A stretch of DNA of 64,000 nt from Candidatus Bathyarchaeia archaeon. GTDB lineage: Archaea; Thermoproteota; Bathyarchaeia; Bathyarchaeales; Bathycorpusculaceae. The notes beneath the pieces were generated by a model, which did not search any database, had not been told where the DNA came from, and saw only the letters and a list, made by a program, of their open reading frames with translations. The DNA lies in contig JAVZLM010000007.1 of NCBI GenBank assembly GCA_038883775.1, positions 1 to 64,000 on the forward strand, written 5' to 3'. This document shows, in pieces, positions 21,057 through 31,617 of the stretch. The position numbers and the translations under genes are program-made. Within the stretch, counting starts at the first letter, position 1. Each line of letters begins with the position of its first letter.

Positions 21057-22682
21057 ATGAGCTTCGAAGTCAAAGAAAAAGATTTGCTCGCGAGAATTGG
21101 GAAGCTTAAAACAAAAAGCGGCACCGTGGAAACTCCTCTGCTTTTTCCAGTTATAAACCCGGTTATCCAGCCTATCACTCCAAGAAAGATTCAAGAGGAT
21201 TTTGGTTTTGAAGCCTTGATAACAAATGCTTACATTTTGAAAAAACACTTCAAAAACCAACCAGTGAAAGATGGTGTACACAAGTTTTTGGATTATGAAA
21301 AAGTAGTAATGACAGATTCAGGCGCATATCAAATTCTCGTTTACGGTGACATAGAAATAACCCCAAAAGAAATTGTGCATTATCAAGAAAACATAAACAC
21401 CGATATAGCCACAATTTTGGACTGGCCTACGGGATGGAAAGTTTCGAGGGCTCATGCAGAGCAAACAGTAAATGAAACGTTGAAGAGGGCAATGGAACTT
21501 TTTAAAATTAAAAGACGTGATGACATTCTTTGGGTTGGTCCAGTTCAAGGCGGCAAATTCCTAGACCTAATAGCTAAATCAGCCGTTGAAATGGGGAAAT
21601 TACACTTTCAAATATACGCTTTAGGAAGCCCCACAGAAGTTATGGAGTCTTATCGCTTTGATGTTTTAGTAGATATGATTATGACCGCTAAGGCCAATCT
21701 ACCAATTGAAAAGCCCCTCCACCTTTTCGGTGCTGGACACCCGCTAATTTTCGCTTTAGCTGTGGCTCTCGGATGCGATCTTTTTGACTCTGCGGCTTAC
21801 GCGATATACGCCAGAGAAAACCGTTACATGACCGAATATGGCACAGTTAGGCTTGATGAGCTTGAATATTTTCCGTGCACATGCCCAAAATGCTCTAAGA
21901 CAACACCAAAGGAAGTCGTGGAAATGCCCCAGAAGGAAAGGCAAATTTTTCTTGCAGAACATAACCTTTACGTTTGCGTTGCAGAGTTGAAACGTATAAA
22001 ACAAGCTATAAGAGATGGTAGATTATGGGAACATTTAGAGTTGCGAGCGCATGGACATCCTGCACTTTTTCAAGCTCTCAAAAAGCTAAGAAAATATGAA
22101 AACTTCATCGAAAAACACAGTCCATTAGTTAAGCGAAGTGGACTTTTTTTCTTCAATTCTGTTGGGCTTATGCGTCCTGAAGTTATCCGATACAAAAGAA
22201 GAATCTTGGAGAGGTATTCTCCACCCGAAAAATCAAAAATCCTTTTGCTTTTTCCTCAAACCCGAATAAAACCTTTTCACAAATCACAAGAATTCAAGGC
22301 GATTGAAAAATTACTGAAGAATTTTACAGAAGAACGTTTAAAGAATATTCATGTGAGCTTTTATGCTGCTCCTTTCGGCGTGATTCCAATGGAATTGGAT
22401 GAAGTTTACCCTCTTTCACAACATGAAACAACTTTTCCCCTCGACAAAGAAACTGTTGATTATGTAGCTAATCGTGTGGCTGAATATATTAGCCAAATGA
22501 ATTATTGTGTTGTTGTGTTATTTAATGACGAAGAAAATTGGAATAAAATGATTCTCAAAAGTTGTAGAAAGGCATGCTCGAAAAAGAAAATTAGTTTCAA
22601 GTGTTTTGACATTAGAAGACGTCGGCTTGAAGAAATTTTAACACAACTGAAGAAAGATTTGATGGAATATGAAAAACTTTAG
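21057..22682 (+). CDS. tgtA: tRNA-guanine(15) transglycosylase (archaeosine pathway)
   Basis: 'TDSGAYQ', 'GPVQGG', 'HLFGAGHP', 'DLFDSAAY', and the Zn site CTCPKC...HNL. Confidence 0.95.
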   Translation: MSFEVKEKDLLARIGKLKTKSGTVETPLLFPVINPVIQPITPRKIQEDFGFEALITNAYILKKHFKNQPVKDGVHKFLDYEKVVMTDSGAYQILVYGDIEITPKEIVHYQENINTDIATILDWPTGWKVSRAHAEQTVNETLKRAMELFKIKRRDDILWVGPVQGGKFLDLIAKSAVEMGKLHFQIYALGSPTEVMESYRFDVLVDMIMTAKANLPIEKPLHLFGAGHPLIFALAVALGCDLFDSAAYAIYARENRYMTEYGTVRLDELEYFPCTCPKCSKTTPKEVVEMPQKERQIFLAEHNLYVCVAELKRIKQAIRDGRLWEHLELRAHGHPALFQALKKLRKYENFIEKHSPLVKRSGLFFFNSVGLMRPEVIRYKRRILERYSPPEKSKILLLFPQTRIKPFHKSQEFKAIEKLLKNFTEERLKNIHVSFYAAPFGVIPMELDEVYPLSQHETTFPLDKETVDYVANRVAEYISQMNYCVVVLFNDEENWNKMILKSCRKACSKKKISFKCFDIRRRRLEEILTQLKKDLMEYEKL

Positions 22683-22705
22683 TTCACCCATGCATTATAG
22701 CCTCT

Positions 22706-24793
22706 TCACCGCTCCACTGCAACTTTGCTTATGCCAGCTTCCTTTTCAAGCCTTATAACATGCTCAGCTTTTTCTGCAAAGGCTTCGCTGTGCGTAACCG
22801 CTATTATTTGTTCTATGGCTTTGAAGCGAGAGATGGCTTCAGCTAGGCGGTCTATGGAACCGTCTTCTCTTCCAAGGCTTTCCGTCGGTTCGTCAAGCAA
22901 AAGCATGCTTAATCCATGACCAGTTCTGGACTGCATAATTAGTTGTCCTAATCCAAGGCGGTAAGCAAAAGCCAGCAGTGTTCTTTCTCCGCCCGAAAGA
23001 TTTGAAACCTCCCTCTCTACGCCACTTTCGCTTACCACATATGGCGTGTAAGTTTCGTCAATTGAAACGTTTATGGGAGCTCCTTCTCCACCAGCTAAGC
23101 TGTCGAGGACTTGCTGAACAAAGTTTCTTAAGACTTTTACGAATTCGCTTCGCAGTTTTGGTTGGATGCTTCTGTAAGCGTCGCGGATGCTGCCAATAAT
23201 TTCAACAGCTTTTGCGATTTTCTCCATGCGCTCAATTTTGCGTTGAGCTTGGTCAATTCTTTCTTTTATCTCTTCTAAACGTTGGACTAGGTATTTTCTC
23301 TGCGCTTCTTTAGCCCTCAAATCAGATTCCAGCGAAGAATATTGCTGAAGGGCTTGTCTGCTCCTTATTCTGGCGTTTTCCAATTCTGAAACGTCAAATC
23401 TGCTAATTTCTGTTCTCAAATTTTCCAACTGCGTTCGCAGTTCTCTTTCTAACTTTTGTTTTTCCTCAAACTCTTTAGTGATTTCTGCCAAAGCTTGGGA
23501 TTCTTGATTAATTTGGGCTTTCAAGTCTTCCAATCTTAAGGTTAGCGTTTGAAGGTTTGAGAAAGCTTCATTTGCCTTATTCTTTATTTGCTGGAGTTCT
23601 TCGATGTCGTGTTGGAGTTGACTTATTGTTTTCTGTCTCTCCTCATTTTCCATCCGAATCTTTTGCATTAAACCATCCTTGTATTCGCCTGTTAATGGTT
23701 GTAAGCACAATGGACAGAGGTTTTCTGTGGAAAGAGATGAAATTCTGTTCTGGTCTTCTCTCATTTTTATTCGGGCTGCTTCCTGTTCACTTTTTAAGCT
23801 GGAAATTTGCTCATCAAAGCTCATTAAATATTGTTTTATGGTTTCTATTGGTTGGTCTGCCGATACTCCAATTTCCTTAAGCTTAGCCTTGTAGGTTTCT
23901 GTCTGCATTTCCATGCTGTTTAAGCGTTGCTTTAGATTTTCGATGGCGGATTTTTTCTTATAAATTTTCTCTGCTAGTGATGCGGATGCGTCTTCAACAT
24001 TTGTTAGGTTTGCAAGGGTCTGGGCTTCCTTCCTTTTTAATTCTTCAATTTGGGTTTTTACATCCTCCAATTTTTTAAGCTTCAACTCTGCCTCTTCCAA
24101 GGCTTTTTTTGCTAAGCCAAGTCTTTTCGCCATGTCTTGCAGTTCAATTTCAATAATTCCAAGCTGCTCCACCGTCTGATTATAATCTTTGTTATGTTTT
24201 TCCAGTCCAACAACATCCGGGTCTTTCTCGTAGGCTTTTCTTTCGCCATCATATTCTTTTTGATAACCCGCTAGATTGCTCCATGCAGTTTCGTAGTCTG
24301 ACAAACCGAACAATTCGTCTAGACGCTTTTGTCTTTCCCTAGGTGTAGCGTTTAAGAGTTCTTTTAGATGCTCTTGCCTAACCCAGACTATTTCACGGAA
24401 AAGGTCTTTGTCTAGTGCTGTTATTGCTTTTATTTGTTCGGCTACTGCGTCGCTTTTTATGCTGGCAATTAGGTTTTCTCCTTCGAAGAGTTTCAGTTCT
24501 TCAAAGTCTTGGCTTATTCCCTTCCCATGCCTTTTCAAACCACGCAATATTTTGTAGCTTTTTCCGTTTTGCACAAACTGAACTGTTACTTTTCCGGTTT
24601 CTGCACCTTCCCGGAGAAGATAGTCGTAGCTTCTGCCGATGGGTTCGCCGAAAAGCGCAAAATCTATTGAATACAGTATTGTGGATTTTCCGCAGCCCAA
24701 ACCGCCAACGAGGCAGTTGAAGCCCTTTGCGAAGGGTACTGTGGTTTTTACGTGGGAACGGATGTTTTCAAGCTGAACAATTTCAATTTTCAT
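22706..24793 (-). CDS. rad50: Rad50 ATPase
   Basis: Walker A GGLGCGKST, coiled coils with a CPLC zinc hook, LSGGE, LLDEPT and VTHSE. Overlaps mre11. Confidence 0.93.
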   Translation of the reverse strand: MKIEIVQLENIRSHVKTTVPFAKGFNCLVGGLGCGKSTILYSIDFALFGEPIGRSYDYLLREGAETGKVTVQFVQNGKSYKILRGLKRHGKGISQDFEELKLFEGENLIASIKSDAVAEQIKAITALDKDLFREIVWVRQEHLKELLNATPRERQKRLDELFGLSDYETAWSNLAGYQKEYDGERKAYEKDPDVVGLEKHNKDYNQTVEQLGIIEIELQDMAKRLGLAKKALEEAELKLKKLEDVKTQIEELKRKEAQTLANLTNVEDASASLAEKIYKKKSAIENLKQRLNSMEMQTETYKAKLKEIGVSADQPIETIKQYLMSFDEQISSLKSEQEAARIKMREDQNRISSLSTENLCPLCLQPLTGEYKDGLMQKIRMENEERQKTISQLQHDIEELQQIKNKANEAFSNLQTLTLRLEDLKAQINQESQALAEITKEFEEKQKLERELRTQLENLRTEISRFDVSELENARIRSRQALQQYSSLESDLRAKEAQRKYLVQRLEEIKERIDQAQRKIERMEKIAKAVEIIGSIRDAYRSIQPKLRSEFVKVLRNFVQQVLDSLAGGEGAPINVSIDETYTPYVVSESGVEREVSNLSGGERTLLAFAYRLGLGQLIMQSRTGHGLSMLLLDEPTESLGREDGSIDRLAEAISRFKAIEQIIAVTHSEAFAEKAEHVIRLEKEAGISKVAVER

Positions 24794-26004
24794 TGCAGCA
24801 GCTCCTCTATGGTTTGTTTCACTTTTTCCTCTTCCTTCTTGGTTAATGGTTCAATAAGCTGGATGGCGGTGCGGGCTATTTTTTCGGCTTCTTCACGGCT
24901 ATAGCGTTCGGAGAAGATTTGCATGAAATATTCGAATGCTTTCGTTTTCAAATCTTTGAGTTCGCTTTCGAATATTGAACGAACAATTTCCTCTGAAACC
25001 TCACTTTCCCGCAGCAAAACCAGTGGATGCACAAACAAGGCTTTTTCAGCTGCGCTTCTAATTTTGGTTATGTCCACTTCTGCCCTGCTTGCCTCTGCGG
25101 GTAAGCTTCCTTTCAATATTGAGATTAGGATTGCGCCTTCTTCGTCAGCTCCCTTAACCATTTGAATGGCTAATTCCGTAATTTTTGATGGAGTAACACC
25201 CGTAAAATCTTGTTCTAAAACAACAAATTTGCGGGGCGATTGAAGCTCTATAAATTGGGGTGAAACTTTTCCGTTTTCGTCAACCCTAACATAATAGAAG
25301 CCCTTCTTAATCTTGGCTTCGTCATAGTTGACGGTTTCTGTGCATCCACTGTAAACCAAAAGTCCACTTTTGAAATTTTCCATGTATGGCGTGTGCACGT
25401 GTCCAGCAGCATAATAATTGAAGCCTTCTGGGATAAGTTCTGGCGAAGCCTCAGCTTCCATGTATGGCGGTTTAACATTTTGAAGGTCTAAAGCCATGTG
25501 GAAAACAAAAATGTTAAAAAGCGTTGGTTCTGGTGCTGGTTTGTTTTGCTCCATAAAGGCTGGAAGCAGCTCTTCAGTTTTTCGTCTAGTCCTAAAGTTT
25601 GGAACGCCATAAACATAGCAGCATTCTGGCCTTTTCCAGCAGGCGCCCTCATGCCTTGGCAGATGGTAAATGAGTCCAGCACTATCCAATGGATTCAAGA
25701 TTGTTCCGGTTACAATATTTGGAGCAGAATCATGGGAACCATCAACGGTTAAAACTGGAATGCCAGCCTCTCTTAAGCGACCAAAGTTTCTAATAGCATT
25801 TTCTAGCGTAACGTTTGATGGGCGAGCATTGTGGAATAGATCTCCGGCTATAATCATGAAGTCTGGTTTTAACTCTATGGTTTTGTCAACTAATTCCTGA
25901 AAAGCCTTTTCAAAATCTTCGCGTCTAACTTCTAAACCATACTGGGAATAGCCCAAATGCAAATCCGCAGCGTGGACAAAACTGAAAGCCTTCAACCCTT
26001 TCAT
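24790..26004 (-). CDS. mre11: Mre11 nuclease
   Basis: DLHLG, AGDLF, GSHD (GNHD variant) and AGHVH. Confidence 0.93.
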   Translation of the reverse strand: MKGLKAFSFVHAADLHLGYSQYGLEVRREDFEKAFQELVDKTIELKPDFMIIAGDLFHNARPSNVTLENAIRNFGRLREAGIPVLTVDGSHDSAPNIVTGTILNPLDSAGLIYHLPRHEGACWKRPECCYVYGVPNFRTRRKTEELLPAFMEQNKPAPEPTLFNIFVFHMALDLQNVKPPYMEAEASPELIPEGFNYYAAGHVHTPYMENFKSGLLVYSGCTETVNYDEAKIKKGFYYVRVDENGKVSPQFIELQSPRKFVVLEQDFTGVTPSKITELAIQMVKGADEEGAILISILKGSLPAEASRAEVDITKIRSAAEKALFVHPLVLLRESEVSEEIVRSIFESELKDLKTKAFEYFMQIFSERYSREEAEKIARTAIQLIEPLTKKEEEKVKQTIEELLQ

Positions 26005-26101
26005 CCCACCAAATTGTTAATGCCCCTAACACCCTATTAGCTTTATTAACAAAAAGCATAAAACCAACCAAAAACATCATAACTGCAAAAGAGTACCCGA
26101 A

Positions 26102-26893
26102 ATGAAGTGCCAAAAATGTCAACAAGAAGTTTTCTTGCCCTTTAGATGTCCATATTGTGGAGGCTATTTCTGTCCAGAACACCGCCTTCCAGAAGCTCAT
26201 GAATGCCCAAATATGGAGTTGGCACGGGCTCCAAAAGAAGAAATACGCATGCCAATAATTCAAAAACAAAAATCGTATGAGTACACGGTCACCTATTTGC
26301 CAGTTCAAACAGCAAAAAGAAAAGTATATTTCAGCGCCAAAGAAGTTAAACATTTGACAATTGCTGCATTGCTTGTTTCGGGTATTGGTTTGTCTTCAGC
26401 CATATATCTTATGGAACTTAACTCTTTGGTACTCTTCATCCTAATCATTTTACCATCCTTTTTCATCCACGAAATAGCTCATAAAATAGTTGCCCAAAGG
26501 GAAGGTTTTTGGGCAGAGTTTAGACTGACATTTACTGGAATCCTCTTAACGATCATTTCCATGCTGTCACCATTTTTCAAGATTATATCTCCGGGAGCTG
26601 TTATGATTTCAGGATTTGCAGACAAGGAAAGAATTGGAAAAATAGCCATTGCAGGACCAACAACAAACATCATCTTGTCAACTGGCTTTTTTGTAATTGC
26701 GTTTCTTTTGCCCCAAAACAATTTGATATTTGCGATTGGAACCGCTTTTAATGCGTGGATAGCCCTTTTCAACTTAATTCCTTTCGGAATCCTTGATGGA
26801 TTCAAAATTTTCTTGTGGAACAAAAAAGTTTGGGCTTCAGCTTTTACTATAAGTTTGGTTTTAACTTTGATTTCATACAAGCTTATATTTTAA
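26102..26893 (+). CDS. AN1 zinc finger fused to an M50 site-2 protease
   Basis: N-terminal CQKC..LPFRCPYCGGYFCPEHRLPEAHEC. Protease motifs HEIAH, AGP and 'FNLIPFGILDG'. Confidence 0.9.
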   Translation: MKCQKCQQEVFLPFRCPYCGGYFCPEHRLPEAHECPNMELARAPKEEIRMPIIQKQKSYEYTVTYLPVQTAKRKVYFSAKEVKHLTIAALLVSGIGLSSAIYLMELNSLVLFILIILPSFFIHEIAHKIVAQREGFWAEFRLTFTGILLTIISMLSPFFKIISPGAVMISGFADKERIGKIAIAGPTTNIILSTGFFVIAFLLPQNNLIFAIGTAFNAWIALFNLIPFGILDGFKIFLWNKKVWASAFTISLVLTLISYKLIF

Positions 26894-26918
26894 TTAAAAC
26901 AATTTTTAGTGAGTTTAA

Positions 26919-27170
26919 ATGGTTAACAGGGATAGACACGACATTACCATGGAAATATTGAGGAAGGCAACTTCTGGAAAAAGAAAAACAGAGCTAATGC
27001 GAGACATTGGTCTCTCATACTTGCAGGTTAAACAATATTTGAGTACACTCACACGGAGAGGACTGCTGGAATTAGATGAGCAGAACTGTTTCAAAACAAC
27101 TAAAAAAGGCTTAGAAATTCTGGAAAAATGTATGGAATGCCCACTTTTCAAATGGAAACAAACTGCATAA
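26919..27170 (+). CDS. Winged-helix transcriptional regulator (COG3432-like)
   Basis: 'RDRHDITMEIL...KTELM...LSYLQVKQYL..L...GLL...TTKKG'. Paralogous to 6797..7141. Confidence 0.82.
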   Translation: MVNRDRHDITMEILRKATSGKRKTELMRDIGLSYLQVKQYLSTLTRRGLLELDEQNCFKTTKKGLEILEKCMECPLFKWKQTA

Positions 27171-27175
27171 TCCAA

Positions 27176-27484
27176 TTAAACCAGTTCTATGGTTACATGC
27201 ACTTCTTCTGGAACCCTAATCCGCATAATACGCCGCATCACACGCTCCTCAGCATCAATGTCTATGAGACGCTTGTGAATGCGCATCTCCCACCTATCCC
27301 AAGTTTGAGTCCCCTCACCACAAGGCGACTTCAAAACAGGAACCCGAAGCCTCTTTGTCGGCAATGGAACTGGCCCATTCATTTTGACTCCTGTTTTTTG
27401 GGCAATGGCCTTCAGTTCCTCGCATACCTCTTCCAATTTTTTGTAATCTGTGCTTGTTAAGCGTATTCTTGCTTTTCTAGCCAT
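27176..27484 (-). CDS. rpsJ: 30S ribosomal protein S10 (uS10)
   Basis: '[10 protein letters not shown]', 'SPCGEG' and '[11 protein letters not shown]'. Confidence 0.98.
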   Translation of the reverse strand: MARKARIRLTSTDYKKLEEVCEELKAIAQKTGVKMNGPVPLPTKRLRVPVLKSPCGEGTQTWDRWEMRIHKRLIDIDAEERVMRRIMRIRVPEEVHVTIELV

Positions 27485-27697
27485 CACCATCATTCCTAAA
27501 GGTTTTAAGGTTAACTGTTTCGTTTGGTGTTTACCTTAGACAATTAACCACAAATAAAAACTTATCGACTGCTACATTAATTTAAAATAAAACAAAAGAT
27601 ACGATGTACTACAAAACGTAATCCCTTTTCTAGATTTCTCGTTTTGCATGATAATCTTTTTATTTGCTTTAATATAATGTTCGTTCGGCGAAAACAT

Positions 27698-29041
27698 ATG
27701 TTTGAGGAAATCTTGGAAGAAATACCAGAATACAAAACATTCTACACAATAGATGAATTAAACGCAAGCTCGGAAAAACTCGCCAAACAAAATCCAACCA
27801 AAGTAAAAATCTTTGACGTAGGTAAATCACGAAAGGGAGAGAAAATAAAAGCACTAAAAATTGGAAAGGGAAAAAAGACCGCTTTGTTATTTGGCTTTCC
27901 TCATCCAAATGAACCCATTGGCAGTATGACACTGGAATATCTTTCTCAGAGGCTAGTTGAAGATGAAACCCTAAGTAAACTTGACTTCACATGGTACATA
28001 ATTAAAGCCATAGACATAGATGGAGCAAGGCTTAATGAAGGATGGTTCAAAGGACCATTCACTCCGCTAAATTATGCTTTAAACTATTATCGCCCACCAT
28101 CCTACCAGCAAGTTGAATGGACATTTCCTATCGAGTATAAAACACTCATTTGGAAAAAACCACTCCCCGAAACAAAGGCGTTAATGAAAATCATCGACGA
28201 CGCTAAACCTAGATTTATGTATAGTCTTCACAATTCAGGATTTGGCGGGGTATACTTTTACGTTTCAATGCCATGCAAACCATTATACAGCCAATTTCAA
28301 AATTTAGCAGTACAAGAAAGATTGCCTCTGCATCTGGGAGAACCAGAAGCACCTTATATGGTAAAACTTGCGGACGCCATTTTTAAAATGCCAACTTCCG
28401 CCGAATCTTATGAATTTCTGAAAAAACATTTGAAAAAGGATCCCGCAAAGATAATGAAACATGGCACAAGTAGCTTTGATTATGCTCGGAGAGTGTGTAA
28501 AAATTTCACTTTAGTATGTGAAATGCCCTATTACTATGATCCACGAATTGAAGATACCTCTGAATCGGACGTTGTTAGAAAAGAAGCGGTTCTCTATGGC
28601 TTAACACTCGAAAAGGAAAATTACAATTTCATTAAAAAAACATACACCAAGATGAAAGTGCATCTTAAAAAATTCAAAAACAAAAGACCATTTATGGACT
28701 CCATCAATGAGTTTCTTAGACGTTTTCCAGATCAAAACGCTGCCCAGAAACATTGGGCGGAAACTGATCCTTCATTGAATAGAAAAGCAACTGTGGCGGA
28801 GAAGTTTGACTCTTGTGTAGTTAGTCGCTTCTACGCTCTCTTAATTTCTGGCATGTTATATCGCTGCGTCAAAGACACGGGAAGGGAAGAGACAGAAAAG
28901 GAAGTTTTTGAATATATCATCAAGTTGAATCAAGAACTTGAAAAACAACTTTCTTATAAAGTCATACCCATAAGAAGTTTAGTTAAGGTGCAACTTGGAA
29001 GTGCTTTAATAACAGCAGATTACATAAACAAGAAATGCTGA
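27698..29041 (+). CDS. M14 zinc carboxypeptidase family
   Basis: HPNEPIG, 'DIDGARLNEGW', 'QVEWTFP' and 'YSLHN'. Start set at ATG 27698. Confidence 0.85.
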   Translation: MFEEILEEIPEYKTFYTIDELNASSEKLAKQNPTKVKIFDVGKSRKGEKIKALKIGKGKKTALLFGFPHPNEPIGSMTLEYLSQRLVEDETLSKLDFTWYIIKAIDIDGARLNEGWFKGPFTPLNYALNYYRPPSYQQVEWTFPIEYKTLIWKKPLPETKALMKIIDDAKPRFMYSLHNSGFGGVYFYVSMPCKPLYSQFQNLAVQERLPLHLGEPEAPYMVKLADAIFKMPTSAESYEFLKKHLKKDPAKIMKHGTSSFDYARRVCKNFTLVCEMPYYYDPRIEDTSESDVVRKEAVLYGLTLEKENYNFIKKTYTKMKVHLKKFKNKRPFMDSINEFLRRFPDQNAAQKHWAETDPSLNRKATVAEKFDSCVVSRFYALLISGMLYRCVKDTGREETEKEVFEYIIKLNQELEKQLSYKVIPIRSLVKVQLGSALITADYINKKC

Positions 29042-29073
29042 AACTCTCAAAATCTTTTGAAACCTTGATAAAG

Positions 29074-29730
29074 ATGAAAGACAAAAAGCTGAAGGTTAAA
29101 GGGATACTCTTAGATTTGGATGGCACACTAGTGGATTCGAAAGAGGCTTACGTGGAAGCTTTGAAAACTGCTTTTGCATCTTTGGGAAAAAAGTGTGTTG
29201 CAGTTGAAACAGCTATGGAGATTCCAAAGAGGCTTGAGCAGAACCTTCCAATAAACGATCTAGTGGAGGGGGATACGCAGAAGTTTTTGGATTTATACCT
29301 TAACGCCTATTATAAAGTCACAGCCACAAAATCCAAACCCATGCCAAAAATTGCAGAGACGCTTGGAAAACTTTCAGAAAAGTCTACTTTAGCACTTATC
29401 ACAATGCGTTATGTTTCAAAAGAAAATGTTATAAAAGAGTTGGAAAATTTTGGCTTGGCAAAATACTTTCAACATGTAATAACAGCCCTTGACACACATA
29501 CGCCTAAACCTTCGCCAGAAGCGCTTATAAAATGCGCGAAAAAGTTGGGCATCCAACCCTGCGAATGCTTAGTTGTTGGAGATTCTGTGGCAGATATAAA
29601 AGCTGGAAAGAATGCTGGAGCCAAAACCGTTGCAGTTTTGTCTGGAATTTTCTCCCGCAAAGAATTGGAGAGGGAAAAACCAGATTTAATTCTTGAAAGC
29701 GTCAATCAGCTTCCAGATTTTCTTGAATAA
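29074..29730 (+). CDS. HAD-family hydrolase (phosphoglycolate phosphatase-like)
   Basis: DLDGTLVDS, KPSP and 'VGDSVADIKAGKNAG'. Confidence 0.9.
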   Translation: MKDKKLKVKGILLDLDGTLVDSKEAYVEALKTAFASLGKKCVAVETAMEIPKRLEQNLPINDLVEGDTQKFLDLYLNAYYKVTATKSKPMPKIAETLGKLSEKSTLALITMRYVSKENVIKELENFGLAKYFQHVITALDTHTPKPSPEALIKCAKKLGIQPCECLVVGDSVADIKAGKNAGAKTVAVLSGIFSRKELEREKPDLILESVNQLPDFLE

Positions 29731-29846
29731 CTGTTAAATTAGGCTTTTAAATATTTCTGAAAATGAAATATAGCTGAAAATTATCGAAAAAAGTTATAGA
29801 AGCAACCATAAATAAAGCTTAATTAAAGGCTCAGCTTAACATTAAC

Positions 29847-30491
29847 GTGGAGAAGGCTTCAGCAGGGGAAACACCGATGAATTTCATAGAAACGTTATTG
29901 GCGGATAAGCTTAAAGAAATAAATCCGACACTGGAAGTTTTCGGTTCGGATAGAAAAGTGCTTCAAATAGCATGTCAAGACTTAACAAACTATCTCAAAT
30001 TTCACTGGAACCTTGTTGGAAGAGAGGCGAACGAATGCGAAATAGTGGAGAATCTTGAGAAGTTCTTCAATGAAAACCCGAACGAACTGCAAGAATTTTT
30101 GGATCTCTGGACAAAAATATGGTTCAAAAAATGGAAGGAAAGGGTAAAACTGCTCATAGGCAATGAAAACTCTAACAAATGGGATAGAGTTACAAAAATG
30201 CTTGCCAACGCAGAACCATTATGGAGGAGATTGCCTAATCGACAAGAAATGCAGGAAATAGTCACCTATACGCTGATAAAGAATGGAGAAATCTGCGGCA
30301 CCTCAATCCTTGCAGAGAACCTTCTAAAAATGGAGCTTGGCGAGAAAAGGAGAAACTACACAAGCGAAGGAGAACAAGCAGTGCGCATCGTCAACACTTC
30401 TCTGAGAAAAGCAAGAGAACTTGCCAGAAGCAAGGGTCCATTAATCTACGTTAAAATTGATAAGGGCTATTATAGAACAGAATCCATGTAA
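29847..30491 (+). CDS. Hypothetical helical protein
   Basis: 214-aa ORF with typical codon usage. No motif recognised. Confidence 0.7.
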   Translation: MEKASAGETPMNFIETLLADKLKEINPTLEVFGSDRKVLQIACQDLTNYLKFHWNLVGREANECEIVENLEKFFNENPNELQEFLDLWTKIWFKKWKERVKLLIGNENSNKWDRVTKMLANAEPLWRRLPNRQEMQEIVTYTLIKNGEICGTSILAENLLKMELGEKRRNYTSEGEQAVRIVNTSLRKARELARSKGPLIYVKIDKGYYRTESM

Positions 30492-30503
30492 ATGAAACAG
30501 CTT

Positions 30504-30692
30504 TTAACGTAATCTTTCTCTGTGAAGATTTCTAGTTCGCCAAGAATAGGTTTTGATGGTTGCTGTTTTTCCATAGCCGCATGCTGCGCATTGTTTCTTT
30601 GCCACGTTATAGGCTCTTCTTCCACATCGCCTACAACGGATATGAAGCGTTTTTCCAGCCCGTTTTCCAAAGGATGGTGTTCCCTTTCCCAA
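30504..30692 (-). CDS. rpl37e: 50S ribosomal protein L37e
   Basis: GKGTPSFGK...HIRCRRCG...CAACGYG. Likely TTG start after GGTGA. Confidence 0.97.
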   Translation of the reverse strand: MGKGTPSFGKRAGKTLHIRCRRCGRRAYNVAKKQCAACGYGKTATIKTYSWRTRNLHRERLR

Positions 30693-30697
30693 AGTTT

Positions 30698-30925
30698 TCA
30701 CCTTGGCGGTGGCGAAATCAGAACCACGTTATCTCCTCGAACAATTATTAAACCCAATTTTTTCACGTTCTCAGCATTTGTGGTGTCTTCTGTTTCTTCA
30801 AGAACAAGGTTTAGATGTTGGTCAAAACCTTTCAGTCTTCCCCTAAGGCTTTTTCCACCCTTAAGGCGCACCAGAACTATTTTTCCAAGGTTTTGTTCAA
30901 GGATTTCTGTCGTCATCTCGCTCAT
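30698..30925 (-). CDS. Sm/Lsm RNA-binding protein (SmAP1)
   Basis: 'GRLKGFDQHLNLVL' and 'IVRGDNV'. Conserved linkage to rpl37e. Confidence 0.96.
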   Translation of the reverse strand: MSEMTTEILEQNLGKIVLVRLKGGKSLRGRLKGFDQHLNLVLEETEDTTNAENVKKLGLIIVRGDNVVLISPPPR

Positions 30926-31004
30926 TTTGTAACCCCAGATTAGACTTTATGCTTTTTATACTTAAACTTATACCATTTAAATCTATCTAAAGAGATGTAA
31001 TCTG

Positions 31005-31502
31005 ATGGCAGAAAAATATAGGAGATATTTTTTAAAGGACAAAGAAACAAAACTCTTCTTAAATCGGGTTTCAAAAAGAATTAAGTTCAATTTAAAACAA
31101 ATTTTAAGTCCGAAAGTCAAAATGGAACTTATCGAAACGGAATTTGCTGAAATATACGTATTTGACGGCAAACCAATATTAGCCAAAACTGGAGAAATAA
31201 TTTTTCCAACACTTGTTTTCAGCGAATTTTTAGATTCTGCCCCAAAAGTCATCATTGATATGGGTGCTGTTCCTCATATTTGCAATGGAGCAGGGATCAT
31301 GGCGCCTGGAATAGTACGTTTTGAAGGACAATTTGAAAAAAACGATTTCGTTCTTGTTGTGGATGAAAAGTATAATAAACCATTGGCTATTGGCGAAGCT
31401 TTATTTGGCGCAGACGAAGCAGAGAAAGTTAAGCAGGGAGTTGTCATTAAAAACGTTCATTTTGTTGGCGATAGGTTATGGAAACTCATAAATCAACTTT
31501 AA
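31005..31502 (+). CDS. PUA-domain RNA-binding protein (DUF1947/MCT-1-like)
   Basis: 'DMGAVPHICNGAGIMAPGI' and 'HFVGDRLW'. Confidence 0.9.
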   Translation: MAEKYRRYFLKDKETKLFLNRVSKRIKFNLKQILSPKVKMELIETEFAEIYVFDGKPILAKTGEIIFPTLVFSEFLDSAPKVIIDMGAVPHICNGAGIMAPGIVRFEGQFEKNDFVLVVDEKYNKPLAIGEALFGADEAEKVKQGVVIKNVHFVGDRLWKLINQL

Positions 31503-31617
31503 ATCTGTATTTTGAATTCATAAAAGGTTTTAACACTAAATTTTATTAAGGATTCAGACGTGAAATTAGGAAACGCTTAAACTGTTAAAAACCAAAATAT
31601 AAGTAGAGAGGAGAAGT

